Assembly (NCBI RefSeq): GCF_001194135.2
Contig: NC_068983.1
Coordinates: 79,386,354 to 79,450,353 of the forward strand
Reading direction: 5' to 3'
From: Octopus bimaculoides
Lineage: Eukaryota
DNA: 64,000 nt
Shown: positions 13,641 through 28,000 of the stretch, one piece after another
Numbering within the stretch: the stretch's first letter is position 1
Layout: each line of letters starts with the position of its first letter
Program-made: the position numbers and the translations under genes
Notes under the pieces: model-generated
What the model saw: only the letters and a program-made list of their open reading frames with translations
The model's database searches: none
Told to the model about the DNA's origin: nothing

Positions 13641-15480
13641 TGCCAGCCAGCACAGCTGTGCATTATACAATAGAACATGCAAATCTTCGGCCAAACTCAA
13701 GAGTCATACAAGGGCCTCTCATTGCATCATCAATGACTCATTTCAACAATTCTTTTTAGCAATAGCATTGCTTGAATACAAGAAAGCAGCTACTACATAC
13801 ATACATACATGGATATATATGTATGTATACACACAGACATATACTCACATGTACATATATGTACAAACACATACACATATATATAGATTGACAGATAGAC
13901 AAAGAGATATATTGATATACTTCAGCATTCTTTCTTTTTTCTTTTTTCTTAAAGATTACTTATCTATTTTCTTTATCAATTAATGTATATGATATCCTAA
14001 CTACAGATCAACCGATCAATACAACCCCCCTTATTACTGAACCATTATTTTAAAATTTCTATTGCTATCTAGTATCTTATTGTGTAATATTTTTATCATT
14101 GAGTATCTTAAACATTTCGGTTTAATTTTGAAAATGAATCAATGAAACTGAAATATTCATTGAACATTAGTTGAGGTCTGTTTCTGTTTCAGAAATGTAA
14201 TTTACATTTTCTTGTTTAGATCCTTTAAAGCTATGATGAATATATTCTTCTCTCATGACATAATGGTCTATTTCCTTTATTTATATGATAGAACAATATT
14301 TTTATAGCTATATCTCTTCTAGATTAACTGAAGGAATAAAATCAGATGTTGAATATTAATGAAATGTATAATATCCATATTATATATTATTTCAGCTTAC
14401 TAAGGATTGCAAATGTCTATTTTGGATTTCATCTCAGCAGCTACTGAATATTATACTGCTGCATAGTTTCTCTTGATAGGGACTTCAGAATAAATGTGTT
14501 ATTATATATTTGTTTGGACCGTTTGAAATAACAGCTAAATCTCTCTCCAATCACACCCTAAAATATGAAAACACATTTGATAGAGGAACACTTTTCTTGG
14601 AAGACAGTGGCTCCCATAGTTATAATTTGAATGCCTATAGTTGCAGGTTTTCCCAAGCAGAGCTGATTAGAGCTAAACATCCAGAACACTAACTGTATAA
14701 TTAAGGCTAACACACACAGCTATCATTGCAGTCATTGCTTCAAATTTGATCAGTATAGCTATTTCAATTAGTTAATCTGAGAAGTTGACAATAAGTCCTT
14801 TATATACACACACGTGAGAGAGAGAGATAGAGAGGTGGGGGAGAGATCTGTTATTTTGAAGTTAAGTAGAGCAGCAGTATTCATAATCTATGTTCGATCC
14901 TTTCCAACTGGTAATATTGATCTAGTGGATATTTAACATGAAATTCTAAAAATTGGTGTGTAAAAGGAAAAAGGCTTGTTATGAAGGTAATTTCTCAGGA
15001 CTGCAGTCTTGTGCTGAAAAAATTGTTTAGCGTACATTTTCTGAATAAGACAAAATAAAAGTGATAATAGTGGAGAAGTATGTGCATGGGTGGCACACAG
15101 ATTACTAGGTCAGGAAAACAGAAATCATTACTGTAACTGAAAAGAATTGCATGTATATGAAGAGCTGTTGTAAAGCATTGGTGAATGAAGATCTGACAAC
15201 AATATGAAGTAAGATGCTTGTACGTCAATCAGCAACTTTTTTAAAGGAGGATGATATAATATTTGACAAGTCAAAATGAATGCTTTTTTTTTTTTTGAAG
15301 ATGAAACATGCCCTTGTTAAAAAATACAAAATATTATTAGTGACAGAGGCAGTTTTAATACCGAGAGGTAATATTTATCCCCACTTAAACGTGGATGTTC
15401 TGTTAGAACAAGTTATATTGCAGTAGATACCACAAGATAAACTCTCATATTGGCTTTTGGTGTAAAATTCACTCTTCTTT

Positions 15481-15620
15481 ATATCACTAGTACAGAGATA
15501 AAGTCCCACCACCTCCAGTTCTGAGACCACCAGATCATGTAATTTCGACCTTCTTTGGTCTAGTCAATGATGTATGCTCAACTGCTAGAGACAGCAGAAC
15601 TCATCTCCCCACCAGTGATA
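15481..15620 (-). mobile_element. Short non-autonomous element with imperfect inverted ends carrying an HHR motif
   Basis: Ends ATATCACTAGT... and ...ACCAGTGATAT in TA context; HHR fold inside. Confidence 0.55.
15528..15572 (-). ncRNA. Type I hammerhead-ribozyme-like motif, variant or decayed core
   Basis: Minus strand CATCA-TTGACTA-GACC[AAAGAA]GGTC-GAAA-TTACATGA-TC|TGGTG: stem I 5 bp, stem II 4 bp, near-palindromic stem III, AUC site. Core positions 3 and 8 are both U rather than C and G. Confidence 0.65.
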
Positions 15621-16910
15621 TATATAGAATAATAGTAAGGTTACAAAATATGCCGGTAACAAAATATGCCGGCTTTAGATATGTCAAAGACAACAACAAT
15701 ACTCTTGTCAAAGTTTCAAAGGCAAATAACTGTTGGTGTATCATGTAAGAAATCAGAAGAGCATACAGCTCTCAAAGAAAACACTACTTTTCACATAACA
15801 GAATCTTGTAAATAATATTGTCTGTGGTTTGTTCTTCCTCTCAAAATTAGAATATTTATTTAAATGAATGACCTTTAACCTATCAATAACACATTCAAAA
15901 TAATTTTTTGTATTATGCATATAGACATGATTTTAAATAAAGTTATATCTTTATCTTCATTTCATGTATAGTATATAGAGGCATTTCATGAGATTTTCAC
16001 AGTCCAAATGTCTTCCAGTTTGATCAATAGTAAATTGATTTGCCAGTTTTGTTAACTTGTATTATAAAAGAGAATTTCATTTTTCATCTCTTCTGATTTC
16101 TGGTTATTCTTATCTAAATTATAGCTTCTATTAATTTTTCTAGACAATGCAAAATAATGTTTATTACATTTATCGTGTTGACCAATCATTTTGATATAGC
16201 ATATCCTTCATCAACAGAAGCTGCTAGCCAGAAAATGATGATACACCAAAGTTTAAATCAAGCAGTTTCCTATATATCAAAAATGCTAAATTCTGCCAAA
16301 ATCATTAAAAAAAATTCTTTATGTATATGTGTGTCTGTCTAGAATAATAAAGTAACAGGACTAAATTGTAGTTTTGCAATGGACTTTGAGGGTTAGAATT
16401 TACTTATTTGAATATTTCGTTTGGCAGATTAGGAAGAGTTTCTATATGTAATGAAAAGCTGCTGAAGAAATTTGTTTATTTCTAATTGTAAATATTCTTC
16501 TAAAAACAATTAATATAGTATAAATAAAATTGAGAACTGAGAATAACAACATTCTTTGTTCTAAAATGTTATGATTAGTATTGTTCCTTTATTTCTCTGA
16601 TATTAAGTTAAGATTTGACCTTATTAAAAACGCTAACTCATAAGATAATCATCGCTAAAATTTATATATTTATTTTTGTTGGACATTTAATATCTATTAT
16701 TTAATTTACTAAGTATTCTTCAAGTGTATTAAATTCTGATAATTAGTACAATTAGTAAGAAGTATTTTAGAGCCAAACCCAAATAAATGACAGATATTTC
16801 AAAAAAGAAAGAAAAAATGGTGATATCCTTGTTAGTTAACAACATAATGTTTTATTGTATGGAGTAACATGACTTCCATAAAACAACTATTCTTTTCTAT
16901 TCTGTATAAT

Positions 16911-17122
16911 GGTTTCAAATTTTGGCATAAGGTCAGCAGATTTTGAATGGAGTGGAAGTCAATTACATCAGCTCCAGCACCTGACTAGTACTATTTTATC
17001 AACACTAAAAGGATGACAGGCAAAGCTGACCTCAGTGGAATTTGAGCTGAGAGTGTAAAGATGGACAAAATGCTGCTAACCATTTTTTCTGGCATGTTAA
17101 CAGTTCTGCCAGTTTGTTGCCT
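16911..17122 (-). mobile_element. tRNA-derived SINE, family B
   Basis: Reverse complement of the 28154-28365 and 43306-43513 copies. Confidence 0.8.
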
Positions 17123-17439
17123 TCTCTATTCTGCATACTGATATCTGCTTGTCATTCAGTCATGTTTATCAAATGTGTAAAACTCGCACAGGAGAAATCA
17201 AATAAAGATGGTAATCTTTAATTATAATTTCAGACAAGTAATTTTTCAGAATCTTTTGATAAAAGTAGATATTACTTTCTCTTGTTTCTTGCAAATGAAT
17301 TACGATCAAAGGAAAAATTTATTTTATGTGTATTGAATGTGCTGTTTCATTGGAATTCTAACATTTTAACTGAATTCAAATTTTTCAGATAAACTTTGGA
17401 TTCCTCTTAAAAAATAAAATAAGTTTTAGGCATTAGCAT

Positions 17440-18270
17440 GCTATGAGATTTAAAACAATCAGTGGTCTTTCTGACCAGAATGCAGTAATTATATTTGGAT
17501 TGGTCGCAATCTCATAACGGTGTATCTTTTATCCTTACTGACTTGCTGACTCTTGAGGAAGGGACAGTATGTTTGACCTTTGTGAGTTCTCTGAGATTGG
17601 TGAACTTGATTCCATTACTCCTCCATTTAAACTGTTCCAGGTCAACACCTGCAAGAAGGACACATGCAGGGAGCAAATTCCTGAGAACTGATATACTGGT
17701 CATAGTGTTTTGTGTAGAATTGGGTTTGAGCCCAACCAAACTGATATTTTCTTAATATGAGTGATACTTGAGTATTTTTTACTGTTAAGAGATAAAGTTG
17801 GTATAGTCCCCACTAAAGAATATTCTCAAGGACACTGTTCATAGAAGCAATGCAGGTTTGACATGTGGTGTCTCAGTTACATTTGGATGATGTGTCATTG
17901 AGGAAACATATGGAAGAATGAAAGGTTGTATCATCTTAATAAGTTAGTTTTGTTGGATATGGTGGCAAGTAGGGTTGTTCATGTATAAAAAGAAGAGAGT
18001 GGGGTTGTATGATAAAACTGAAACTTGGGTTGGAAAAACCCCTTTCAGTACATCACAATGGTATGATCAAACAGTAGCTATCAAATCAAGAGGTTGGTGG
18101 GACCCAAGAAGTTGGTGGAACTCGTAGGCAAGAAGTTTCAATTGGAGATTCACGAGCCAGGTATATTCAAAGGCTTTGCTGATGCCCAAGGCCAAACCTT
18201 GATCTTTTCCAAAACAAGAGCCTACTGGTTAGCGACATAAGGGAGTAGGTTGCCATTTATTGTCTTCTTT
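17440..18270 (-). mobile_element. Decayed LINE RT fragment (L2/Jockey-group-like)
   Basis: LALGISKAFEYTW (ALDISKAFDRVW motif), SVLSYNPTLFFLYMN (GSVLSPTLF motif), then a degenerate YADD region; many stops. Confidence 0.75.
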
Positions 18271-19965
18271 ACCAAAATATGCCTTTATTTATATTAAGTA
18301 GAGATATCTATGTATCCTTATTTTAAAATTTTCATTTACATTAGCTGTATTTAATTAAATACTCACATTTTTTCTTTCATGTTAAAGACATTTCTGCATT
18401 CCATTAATTGTTTTCCCCTTGGCATGAATAACTTGTACATTCTTTTCTACTTAAACTATCCCATGTATCATGCTGGAAATCTTCTGCAGATGGTCGCTTT
18501 CGAAACATGTATGTTTGTTTTAATAGGAAGTTAAGATATTCTAATTTTTGTTCTATAAATAGATGTATTATAATGAATGTCATGCAGAAACGCTACAGGG
18601 TGTTGATAGTAAATACAACTACCTTGTTTACTGAAAACATTTTTTTTGTTCTTGTTAGTTGTCGGATATTTTTTTTAGCGTTTTGGCATAATCATCTTGT
18701 GTTGGATAGAAATAATAATAACTACTGAAATAATAGTAACTACACCATTTAAACAAGCTTCCATCATGTGTCAGGTTACTTTCTTTTTCACATTTCCATT
18801 TAAAATATCAATTTCTAATATGTGCACAGAATGACAAGTTTTGGGGGAAGTGTATAGGTAGCAGATCATTAGATGAATGGGCACAACACCTTGCAGTATT
18901 TAGCAATATCATTTCATTTTTAGTTTAAATCCTACTGAAGTCATGATTCACTAGAAAATTGCCCATGTGATCAACAAAATCTGACCAATCACGACGTTGA
19001 ATATTGAATAAGTTCCAGCAATGATTTATTTCTTTTGGCAATCTTCATTCTGAGTCTATCAACCAGTATAAATTCAGTATGTTGTGAACGCTCCACAGAG
19101 AGCTTTGGTAGGAGTTGACCAACAGAAATGGTGGACAGTAGCTAACAACACAAAGACAATGAACAGTCAGGGGACAAACAACATTAGGAGTCAGTAATTG
19201 GCAAGCAACTAATCGCACTTTATCTGCTACTATAACTACAGTAAGAACAAAAACTGTTGATGGTTTGTCGTTCATATCATTTCTTGCATACAAAAAGAAT
19301 ATATTCTTGTTTATCAATATCTCAACAGACTCCAGTGTTTCTTTCCATACACATCTTTAAATTTCTTGAAACAAAGAAAGTGACAAAATTTAAAGAAGGC
19401 CTATCTGATACATCTACAATATCTAATTTCACAGCCCTCTGTTCTGAATTCAACTCCTGTTAGGATTAAATGGGTTTACTTTTAATGTTGATGGGGAAGT
19501 GGTGCAAGGGTGGCTAAGTGAGAATATATGTATCACACTTATTACTAAGTGCAAATGATCCTCATTTCTCTTCTTCTGAATCTTTGTTACTCTCTCTCTT
19601 CTCTCTCCTTTTTCGATTTGTAATATAAATAATATTTCCTTTATTTATATATTGAATTCTAGCATTCAAACAGGTATAGCTGTGTGCTTAGGAAGTTTGG
19701 CAACTATCTCATTTTGAATTTAGTCTTGCACTTTGCAGTACCTTGTACCAGTGTTATAGCTTAGTGATCTGACAGAATCATTAGCATGTTGGTCAAAACA
19801 CTTAGCAACATTTCTTTAGGCTCCTTTCATCCTGAGTTCATATTCTACAAAGGTCAAATTTACCTTTTGTTTTCTCAAGTTGATTACATAAAGTACCAGT
19901 GAAGCACTGTTTTTGATGTAATCAACTAGCCTCTCACCCTAGAATAGTAACCTTGTGCCAAAATT

Positions 19966-20000
19966 TTAAATGGTTATAACCCTAGGTTATAACCATTTAA
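19966..20000. repeat. 35-bp near-perfect palindrome
   Basis: TTAAATGGTTATAACC-CTA-GGTTATAACCATTTAA: 16-bp perfect arms, each containing the self-palindrome GGTTATAACC. Confidence 0.9.
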
Positions 20001-20717
20001 CATTGTAAATGAACATTAGAAGATAGAAACTATATGGAATCCTGTTCTATGGTTTAACACCAAAACCTATGTCATAAATGCCTTTAGCAGAGTTCATATT
20101 TTGTTGCAAACATTCAGGATGGGCCTCTAGTTTGAGGATGTCATCTTTTCCTCCCATCAGTCTTGGGTACTTGGATAGGGGTAAAAAGAAAATGGCAAAA
20201 GATGGATATATAATGGTATTTGCTTTTAATAGTTTTAGATCTCTTTTGAGGAATTAATATCTAATTATTTACCTCATGTGTGTATACACATACATGCAAC
20301 AGGTTTATCTGCAGTTTCCATGAACCAAATTTTATTTGAAAAGCTACTGAAGACAGTTGCCTAGGATTGCCACACTGTAGAACTGACACTAAAAGCAAAC
20401 TTCTTTACTGCATGATCATGACTGTATCTTTCTGCTTGCTTGTTTGTTTGTGTGTGTGTGTGTGTGTGAATATATAAAAGATGTTATGGCTATTGTAGAA
20501 GGCTTTTGGCTAAAGGTTAGCCTAATCAAGACAGACCTGAGGGATAAATGATAGTGCCTTTAATCAGAAATGCTTCATTAAATTTACTGAAACTTATGCA
20601 TAAACAATGCATGTGGCATCATTTTATTTTGTTTCAAATTTCATTAAATATTGCATAAATAATAACATTCTTGAAATAAAAAAAAATACTCATTAATTTT
20701 TTTTTTTTGCATAATTA

Positions 20718-20972
20718 TTAACTATTTTCATACCAACCCACCTGAGACTACCCTCGTTTATGATATAAAAAATATCTACTTTGATGTGTTAATATTTAAA
20801 TTTAAACCTTCCATCATAATTTTATGTAATTTTATGTGTTAAATGTCAAATTAATAATGGAGAAGTCGTTTATGTCACTAAACCTCCTCCAAATTCTTGA
20901 TTGTTTTAATAAAAATTAATCAAAACAGTTAGGTAGAGCATTTCATTAGAACTATGTTAATGAAAGGGTTAA
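20718..20972. mobile_element. Degenerate piggyBac-type MITE
   Basis: TTAA at 20718-20721 and 20969-20972; right end ATGAAAGGG-TTAA, diverged left end TTAA-CTATTTTCAT. Confidence 0.5.
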
Positions 20973-23900
20973 AGAGATTACGCATGTTTTTATTACATCA
21001 TTTCAAAAATGAAGTTTTTAGTCTAATTTTATATGCATTTCTTTATTTAGATATAAATTCCTCATGAATGTTGGATCATTGTGTCATTTTTCTAACAGAC
21101 AGCAGACATCATTACGTATCCATGTTAGTGACCTGACATTGCCATAACTGAAGAATTTGTCTGTTTAATCCATTTGTAGAAGTTGAAATAATAGCTGACA
21201 TTTATCAAAATTGTTTAACATTTAAATGTCTGCTTCTCTATATCAGCCTGAAGTAGATATATCTGCTTGCTTTTGTTGTCATTAATAATGATTATGATGA
21301 TGTAACCATAGTTGTTACCACTTGTTTGGTTCTAATATAATTTTCTTAGCATTATATCATATTGTATGCATGTTAAATAAAGACCAAGTCAGTTTCTAGG
21401 GAAACGTTTTGTTTTTACAAAGACACATAGACAGTTTCAAGACTAGCGTGGTGGTGGTTGTTGTTTAACCTTAGACTAACTCTGATTGAGCAAAACTGTG
21501 ATTGAAGTCATTCCAGTTGTGGCCATCCCATGTATTCAGACATGGTTTATATATATATATATATATTTTTTGTAAATTGTTTTTTAATCATTTGGTCATA
21601 AAAAGAAAGACAGCATCTATGACGCTTTTTTTTCTTCTTTTTGAGCTTCTGAGATTGATGGAAAGGAATAGAATGAATTATTCACACACTGGAGTCTGCT
21701 GAAGTCAATGAAGGACAAGGTCATAGTTTAAAAAGCCTATGACTCAAGAACATGATTGATGGTCTATTTGATGGCTTTCTACAGTTTCTGTTAAATTTCA
21801 TTCATAAGGCTTTAGTCTATTTGAGATTATAATAGAGTACACTTGCTCATGGCACCATGTAGTGGGATTGAAGCTGAAACCATACAGCAGTAAAGTAAGC
21901 TCCTTAACCACACAGCCATGTTTGCATTATTTCAGACTAAATTATCTCTGTTCCTTTTTTCTTTTTTTTTAAGTAGTGATTTAAGAGAGATTTGGCTTCT
22001 ATTTCTAGCATCTCAAGCAGTTATATAAAGGCTTCGTCATTAGCTTCTGACTGGTGGGGTTGATATATTTTTTTTTGTTTCTTGATGAGTTAAGGAATTT
22101 TTGGCTGGTATTTCTAGAATGTTGAATAACCTCATAGAGGTGCTGTTGTTGATTCATGATGCTCTTTTTCATCCCATGAGGCTTCTTTGCTGGAGTTTAT
22201 ATTGTGTGTACACATCTTGGAATTCTGAAGGCTGATATATGAAGTGTTGGTGGTAGGTTCACAGATATACAGGAATATATTATATCCCTTGCAAAATATA
22301 CCAGAATTCATATGAAACTGCCATTGATAGTTGTTACTGTCTTTGAGAAATTCACATATAATTCCATAGAAAAACAGAAGAACTTGACTAAGGTGTGTTT
22401 AATGCATAGTTGAGACACAATAAGAAAACTGAAAAGAAGAGACAAGTAAATTAGATGGTAGCTGCACTGAAGTGCTTTCAAGAAAAAGGATTTGGTGCTT
22501 TGTAATATAATAACAAAGCAATTTTTAAGTAAATCTGGCACCATGAGAGTAAAATTGGTTGTTAATGAATAAACCAACATAAAATTATCAAAACAATTAT
22601 TGGTATGTACTTTCAACCCTGTCAAGCAATATTCCTGCTGTTGTGGGAATAGGTTAAACATCATCTCAGCTGGATTCCAGTAAAGCAGTAACAAACAACC
22701 CACATAGAAAACAGAAGGTGCAGATGATTCTGTTCATTAGTTAACCTACAATCATTACTCTTAAGCTGTAAATGCAACTGTCTACGTTTTTGTTCAGGAG
22801 CCCAAATTTTTAACATGGATATCAAGTGATTGATTGTATTTTTTATTGTTTGCCAGCATAATTTTAAACTAAGGATAGATATGTTTTTCCTTTCAATATA
22901 GATCTCATATTGCAGTGTTTGATTTAAATTTTCCTGTTCTGGATTGAATCATATTTACTTTTCTCATTTAATATTTTTTGTATATTTCCTAATTTATCTT
23001 TGTTTTGATCTTAATAGTATAATGGAAAAAAGTAACTACTGAGAAATATAATATAAAGATAGAAAAATATGCAAAAAGAAATACACTTTCCCTTGGGCAC
23101 ATCTGTTTGTATTGGCTTAAAGCTATATCATTTAATCTTTACTCTAAATGTTGTAAAACTCATTTTGATTTATGATAAAATGGTTCTTAACACTGCAGTG
23201 ACCTAGAATCAACTTAATTCTTATCATTATCCTCCTACATCCTTAAATCTTTGAGATGAGAATTGTAAAAAAAAAAAAAAAAAAAAAAAAATGTGCATGG
23301 CAAATTGAAGAGATAAACATTGTTTGGGTGGAGGTCTAGAAAGTTCCTCTATTTTTATTTTTACTTCACTTTACTTATGCCACTTATTCCATTTGATTCT
23401 TGATTATCTTCCACTTATATGTCTTCTCCCATGAAAGCAGTGCCTTCCTTATCTCAAGAATGTAGAACACAAAAGAAGTATAGAGGATTAATACAAGAGC
23501 AAGCTTGAATTTGATGATATTTTCTCCTTTAAAATGCTCTTTGGTTCATAAACTATTAATTTAGTGGGCTTTCAGTCTTTCTGGATATCTTTTAAATACA
23601 GAGTATCAAGATACTTTAGCTAATGGAAATAATTGCATTTATCAGATGTTATATTTCTTAGAGTTTATCTGGAATATATATGCCATGTAAAAAAAAAAAA
23701 ATTAATTTAATTGTTTTTCTTGAAAATAGCTGCAAGGAGTTTCCAAATATTTCCATTTTAGATAAGGAATTTAATGGAAATTGAGAAGAAAATTGATAAT
23801 AAAAGAATATGTGAGCAGTATCCTCAGTTAAATGGGAGGTAGCAAAAAGGAAGGAAAGTGACCTGTTATAAATATACTATCTGCCATTTACAAGAACATC

Positions 23901-24089
23901 TAATATAGATGTATGGCCATTTATTGTAGAGTTTGTTAGCAACTGTGAAAAATGGTTAATTTTCTCATGAAATATTTTCCTTGTTTTCTTTACTCACAAA
24001 CCTTACTAAATGTTAATCAGATGGGACAGTCATCAGAACAGTGTTATTTAAAAGGAAATATGGAAAATGAATATGAGCTTGCAATTTCA

Positions 24090-25020
24090 AAGAATGACTG
24101 TGTAGTACGAAGTTTGCTTCCCAATTACAGGTTTTTGGGTCCAGTCCCACTATGTGACACCTTAGGCAAGTATCTTTTACTATAGGCCTTGGCCAGCCTT
24201 GTAAGTAGATTTGGTTGATGGAAACTGAAAGAAGCCTATCGTGTGTGTATAATATAAATGATATAAATATATGCATATATGGGTACAGGACATCACCAAC
24301 AGTAAACAACATAAAATACACAAACAAATGAGTTCACTACACAAACAATGAGAGAAACAAATAGAAAACAGGACAAGTAACATAAAGAATGACCCTTCAT
24401 CAATTGTCGACTGTCTACCTACTCCTCATTTTGAGCATTGAATGACAACATGAGTCTTTGAAGACAGTTGCTCCCATAAGTAGCAAAATAAAATTTGGGA
24501 TTTATGGAGGGTCAAAGTTGGGAACAAAAACAGGACAGTGGAGACATACAAGGAAACCAAATGAAAACAAACATGGAGAGTCGTGAGACCAGAACAAGGG
24601 TAAAATAGCAAACGCTGGAGAAATATTTTCTTTGACCAGAGAAAAAATAGACGAGAGAGAGAGATATAGGATACATCCAGTCCTGAAAGAAAAGACAGAT
24701 GATCACATGAGGAAAAGAAAGATGGAGGATGGTCACGTGTGAGCAATGAGAGAGAGTAAAGGAAAAAGAGGTGGATAGAGAGAGAGACACACAGACAGAC
24801 AGATATGTGCATGTGTGTGTTACTATCTCCTTGGCCTGACATCATATGATAGTTGTAATCAAGTGTGCCACCTTCATGCAAGTGATGTCCATCATCTTCA
24901 ATCTTCTGTGAAAACATGTTTGGTCACTGGGAAATATTACCTTACATGGAAACAGGTGAGGGTTGGTGAGAGGAAGGACATCCAGCCATTGAAATTCAAA
25001 CTGCAGCCCATGGAACTTTC
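24090..25020 (+). mobile_element. Family A SINE (head plus RTE-type tail) split by a ~520-bp insert
   Basis: Head 24090-24245, unrelated sequence ~24283-24800 inside the central microsatellite, tail resumes ~24822 (TCTCCTTGGCCTGACATC...GGAAACAGGTGAGGGTTGG). Confidence 0.65.
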
Positions 25021-28000
25021 TGAATGGCATGCCAACAAAAAATTACCTTTGAATTCTTTTAGCAGTGTAGCCCATTTGGTGATAAGCCATATTTCATGTG
25101 GCCCCCTTCTCAAGAAAGGTTACCCATACTGGTTTAAAGGCTAAAAGTTTGAAATTGTTTGTTAAATACATGCAATTATAAGCATTAAAGCCTACTTTAA
25201 AAATCAGTCACTCAGCATCAATTAGTGTTGGCTTAGAAGTATAATTAATAGCAATAACAACATGGATAACAAATTAGTTTATACTGAGAGGAACAAGAAC
25301 TACTGTTAACCTCCAGTCATCTAATCTCATTCATGTCTCAAAAATGTCATTTATTATAAATTTAATTGTAATATCAGGATTTTCTATGTATATGTGATAG
25401 AGTTAAAACTCTAGTACAGATCTACTAGGATTTTTAACTGTTCTTTCCATTTTATCATTCCATTTTAAATATTTATTTATTTATTTATTTATTTATTTAT
25501 ATCTATTTGGTATTTGAATCAATTATGAATCAATTCAGGTTCAGTCTTGTACAGGCTTCTATATGTCAATAATCAATTTGGCATTGTGGAATCAATACAG
25601 CTGCCAAGTTTGAAATATGGAATAATTGGGATCCTGTTGAAAGGCCTAGAGTTGAATAACTCAAATTAAGATACCCATAAATAGTATGAGCCTTAAAAAC
25701 CAGCCCAATATAAAAAAAAAGAAAAAAACACCCTTGATGTACAGCGAGGGATACAGAAGTATGATTGTTAGGTGGTGGTGAAATATAGTTTGTGGAGAAG
25801 GTGTGTGATGCACATACAATGATTGGTGATGAATAACTTGTATATAATGAATATTATATGTAAACCAGCAAGATAAATTGAGTGCAAATAAATTAAGAAA
25901 TTGACTAGGTTTCAAATGAGTTGATGTTCTGAAGTGAGATAAATGAACTGATAATGTTTGCTTGTGAATAGAGAGTGCATAGGTGAAACATTGTAGGAGA
26001 CTGGTATGGGAAATGCAGAGGCACATGTCATTAGAATGAATAGATTTCATAGATTGAGATTAGTTCAAACTTTGGAAAAAGTTGTTTTATCATAACCTAT
26101 TCAAAACATAGCATTTAAAAAAAAGATGTTCAAACTGATAACAACTGAGATGATAAAAAAAACTAGACAAAAACAATTATACTACCTTTTTACATAACGA
26201 TTTTAGTTTTGTTTAAGAAAAAATTAATGAGGATGGTTGGTATCAGGAAATAATGTGAAGTATTGATTATTAAATATGCTATCATTTTTCAGAATAAAAC
26301 TGTACATAATTACTATTGCAATATTTATGTAATTGATATTAATATCAATAATATTGTTTATACAATTATTCAACATTACTTTTATCTCAAGTAGATTTGC
26401 TTTGGTTATTAACATTATTCTTTTTATAAATTCTTCAGTGAAAAATTTAATCAATAGATAAAGTAAAAGTTATATACAAATTGATTTTATCAATAACAGG
26501 AAAAGGCAAAGATATAGAAATGTTTTATAAGAAAGAATAGCAATAAATTTATTACTCAGTTATTCTTTATAAAATATAAATATAGTACAATTCTGCTCGT
26601 CTGCTACCCTTTGGACTTGGATATGGCAGATTACTAAGTTTGGCAGTTGTTTTTGGTTGTTTTGTATTAATTCGGTCATTTGAAAAAAAAAGAAAAAAAT
26701 TATAAAGAAGTTTATTAACCTGTAATTTTCAGTACCTTTAATATCGGCCAATTTCTTTTCACCAGCTAAATTAAGCTTAGGAATACTACATAGTATTTTC
26801 AAGTTCCTAAATCCAAACTATAAACACAAAAGTTTTCCAAATATCCTTATCTCCATACTTGACTTAGTGTCTTCAGTGACCACTGGCTCTGAAAATCAGC
26901 CTACCCATTGAATTACTTTGCACTAAACCATTTAAAAAAAATAATGCAGTATTATTTAAGTATACCATACTTCAGTACCGTCATTTGATTCTAAATCAAC
27001 CATAAAAAGAATTGCATATTGGTCTTTTTGGTTCTAAATACCTTAAATTATTAAAGAATCCATGTTATAGTCACAAATTCTTTCTTTGCAAGCACTACAT
27101 TTTCAGTTCCTAGGGGTGATGTCAGTCACATGCTTTATTTTCACACCTTTTTTCATTTTGGTTACTTTTATTAACATGGGAAGACATTTTCACAAATGAA
27201 TGGATGATACATATAGGTAAATACAAAATACATGCTGGTAAGAGTTCTTTTCAACTTGACTGTAAACAAGAAAATGGAATCAGTGACTAGTGGTGGTGCT
27301 TAGGAATACAAAAAAAAAAAGAAAAAAAAGAAAAGAAAAATGGTGAAATGTGAAAAAGTGCAAGACAATCAGGTCTGCAGGAATATATTGGAAACCAGGA
27401 TTAAAATTATGGGAGAATGGGAAGTTAATCCTTAGACATCTTGCTACTTCATTTAGTACATTGCAATTATTTTTTTCTTTTATTATATATATAAAAGAAA
27501 TTCTGTCATATTATATACAACAGAGTTTCTATGAAAATGTGACTGAAAATTTTATTTGTGAATTTGACTTTCAAAACTTGTTGATATGTAACCAAATTTA
27601 ATGCCGCATTTTATTGATGTTTTATTTCTTCACTGTTCTTAGTATTCAGAGACTTTGTTCTTCAGCTGTGTGCATTAGAACTAAAATAATACAGAATGTT
27701 TATGGGCATATGCAAGATTAGTATCTTTCTCTTCACTCTTTTTCTTTTTGCTTGTTTATTTATTATTTTTTTTTTTTTGCATCTTGATCACAATAGAGAA
27801 ATAGTCTTGCTTGTCTATGTTGAGAAACTTGGCCATTGGTATCTATAATGGCGAATGCTATTAAATAGCAAACCAATTTCATATTAAAATATTCATATTC
27901 TTTCTTTGTTATGTCTTTTGGAAAGTAATAGTAAAATAAAGACATTTTGTCTATTGTTAACTTTTTACCAATATAAATCTATGATCACCAGCAGACTTGT

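Noticed and set aside
15075-15230. Possible mariner remnant (EVCAWVAHRLL)
   Set aside because: Only a loose match to KVCARWVP; no TIRs or further motifs.
18484-18514. CTGCAGA...CGAAA-CATG-TA as a decayed hammerhead, or a 19-nt micro-exon (18490-18508, cag|...|gtatgt)
   Set aside because: No stem II or stem I pairing for the ribozyme reading, and no independent support for the exon reading; unresolved.
24366-24403. Minus-strand TTGATGA-AGGG...TCCT as a hammerhead
   Set aside because: GTTT follows where GAAA is required, and C3 is also changed.
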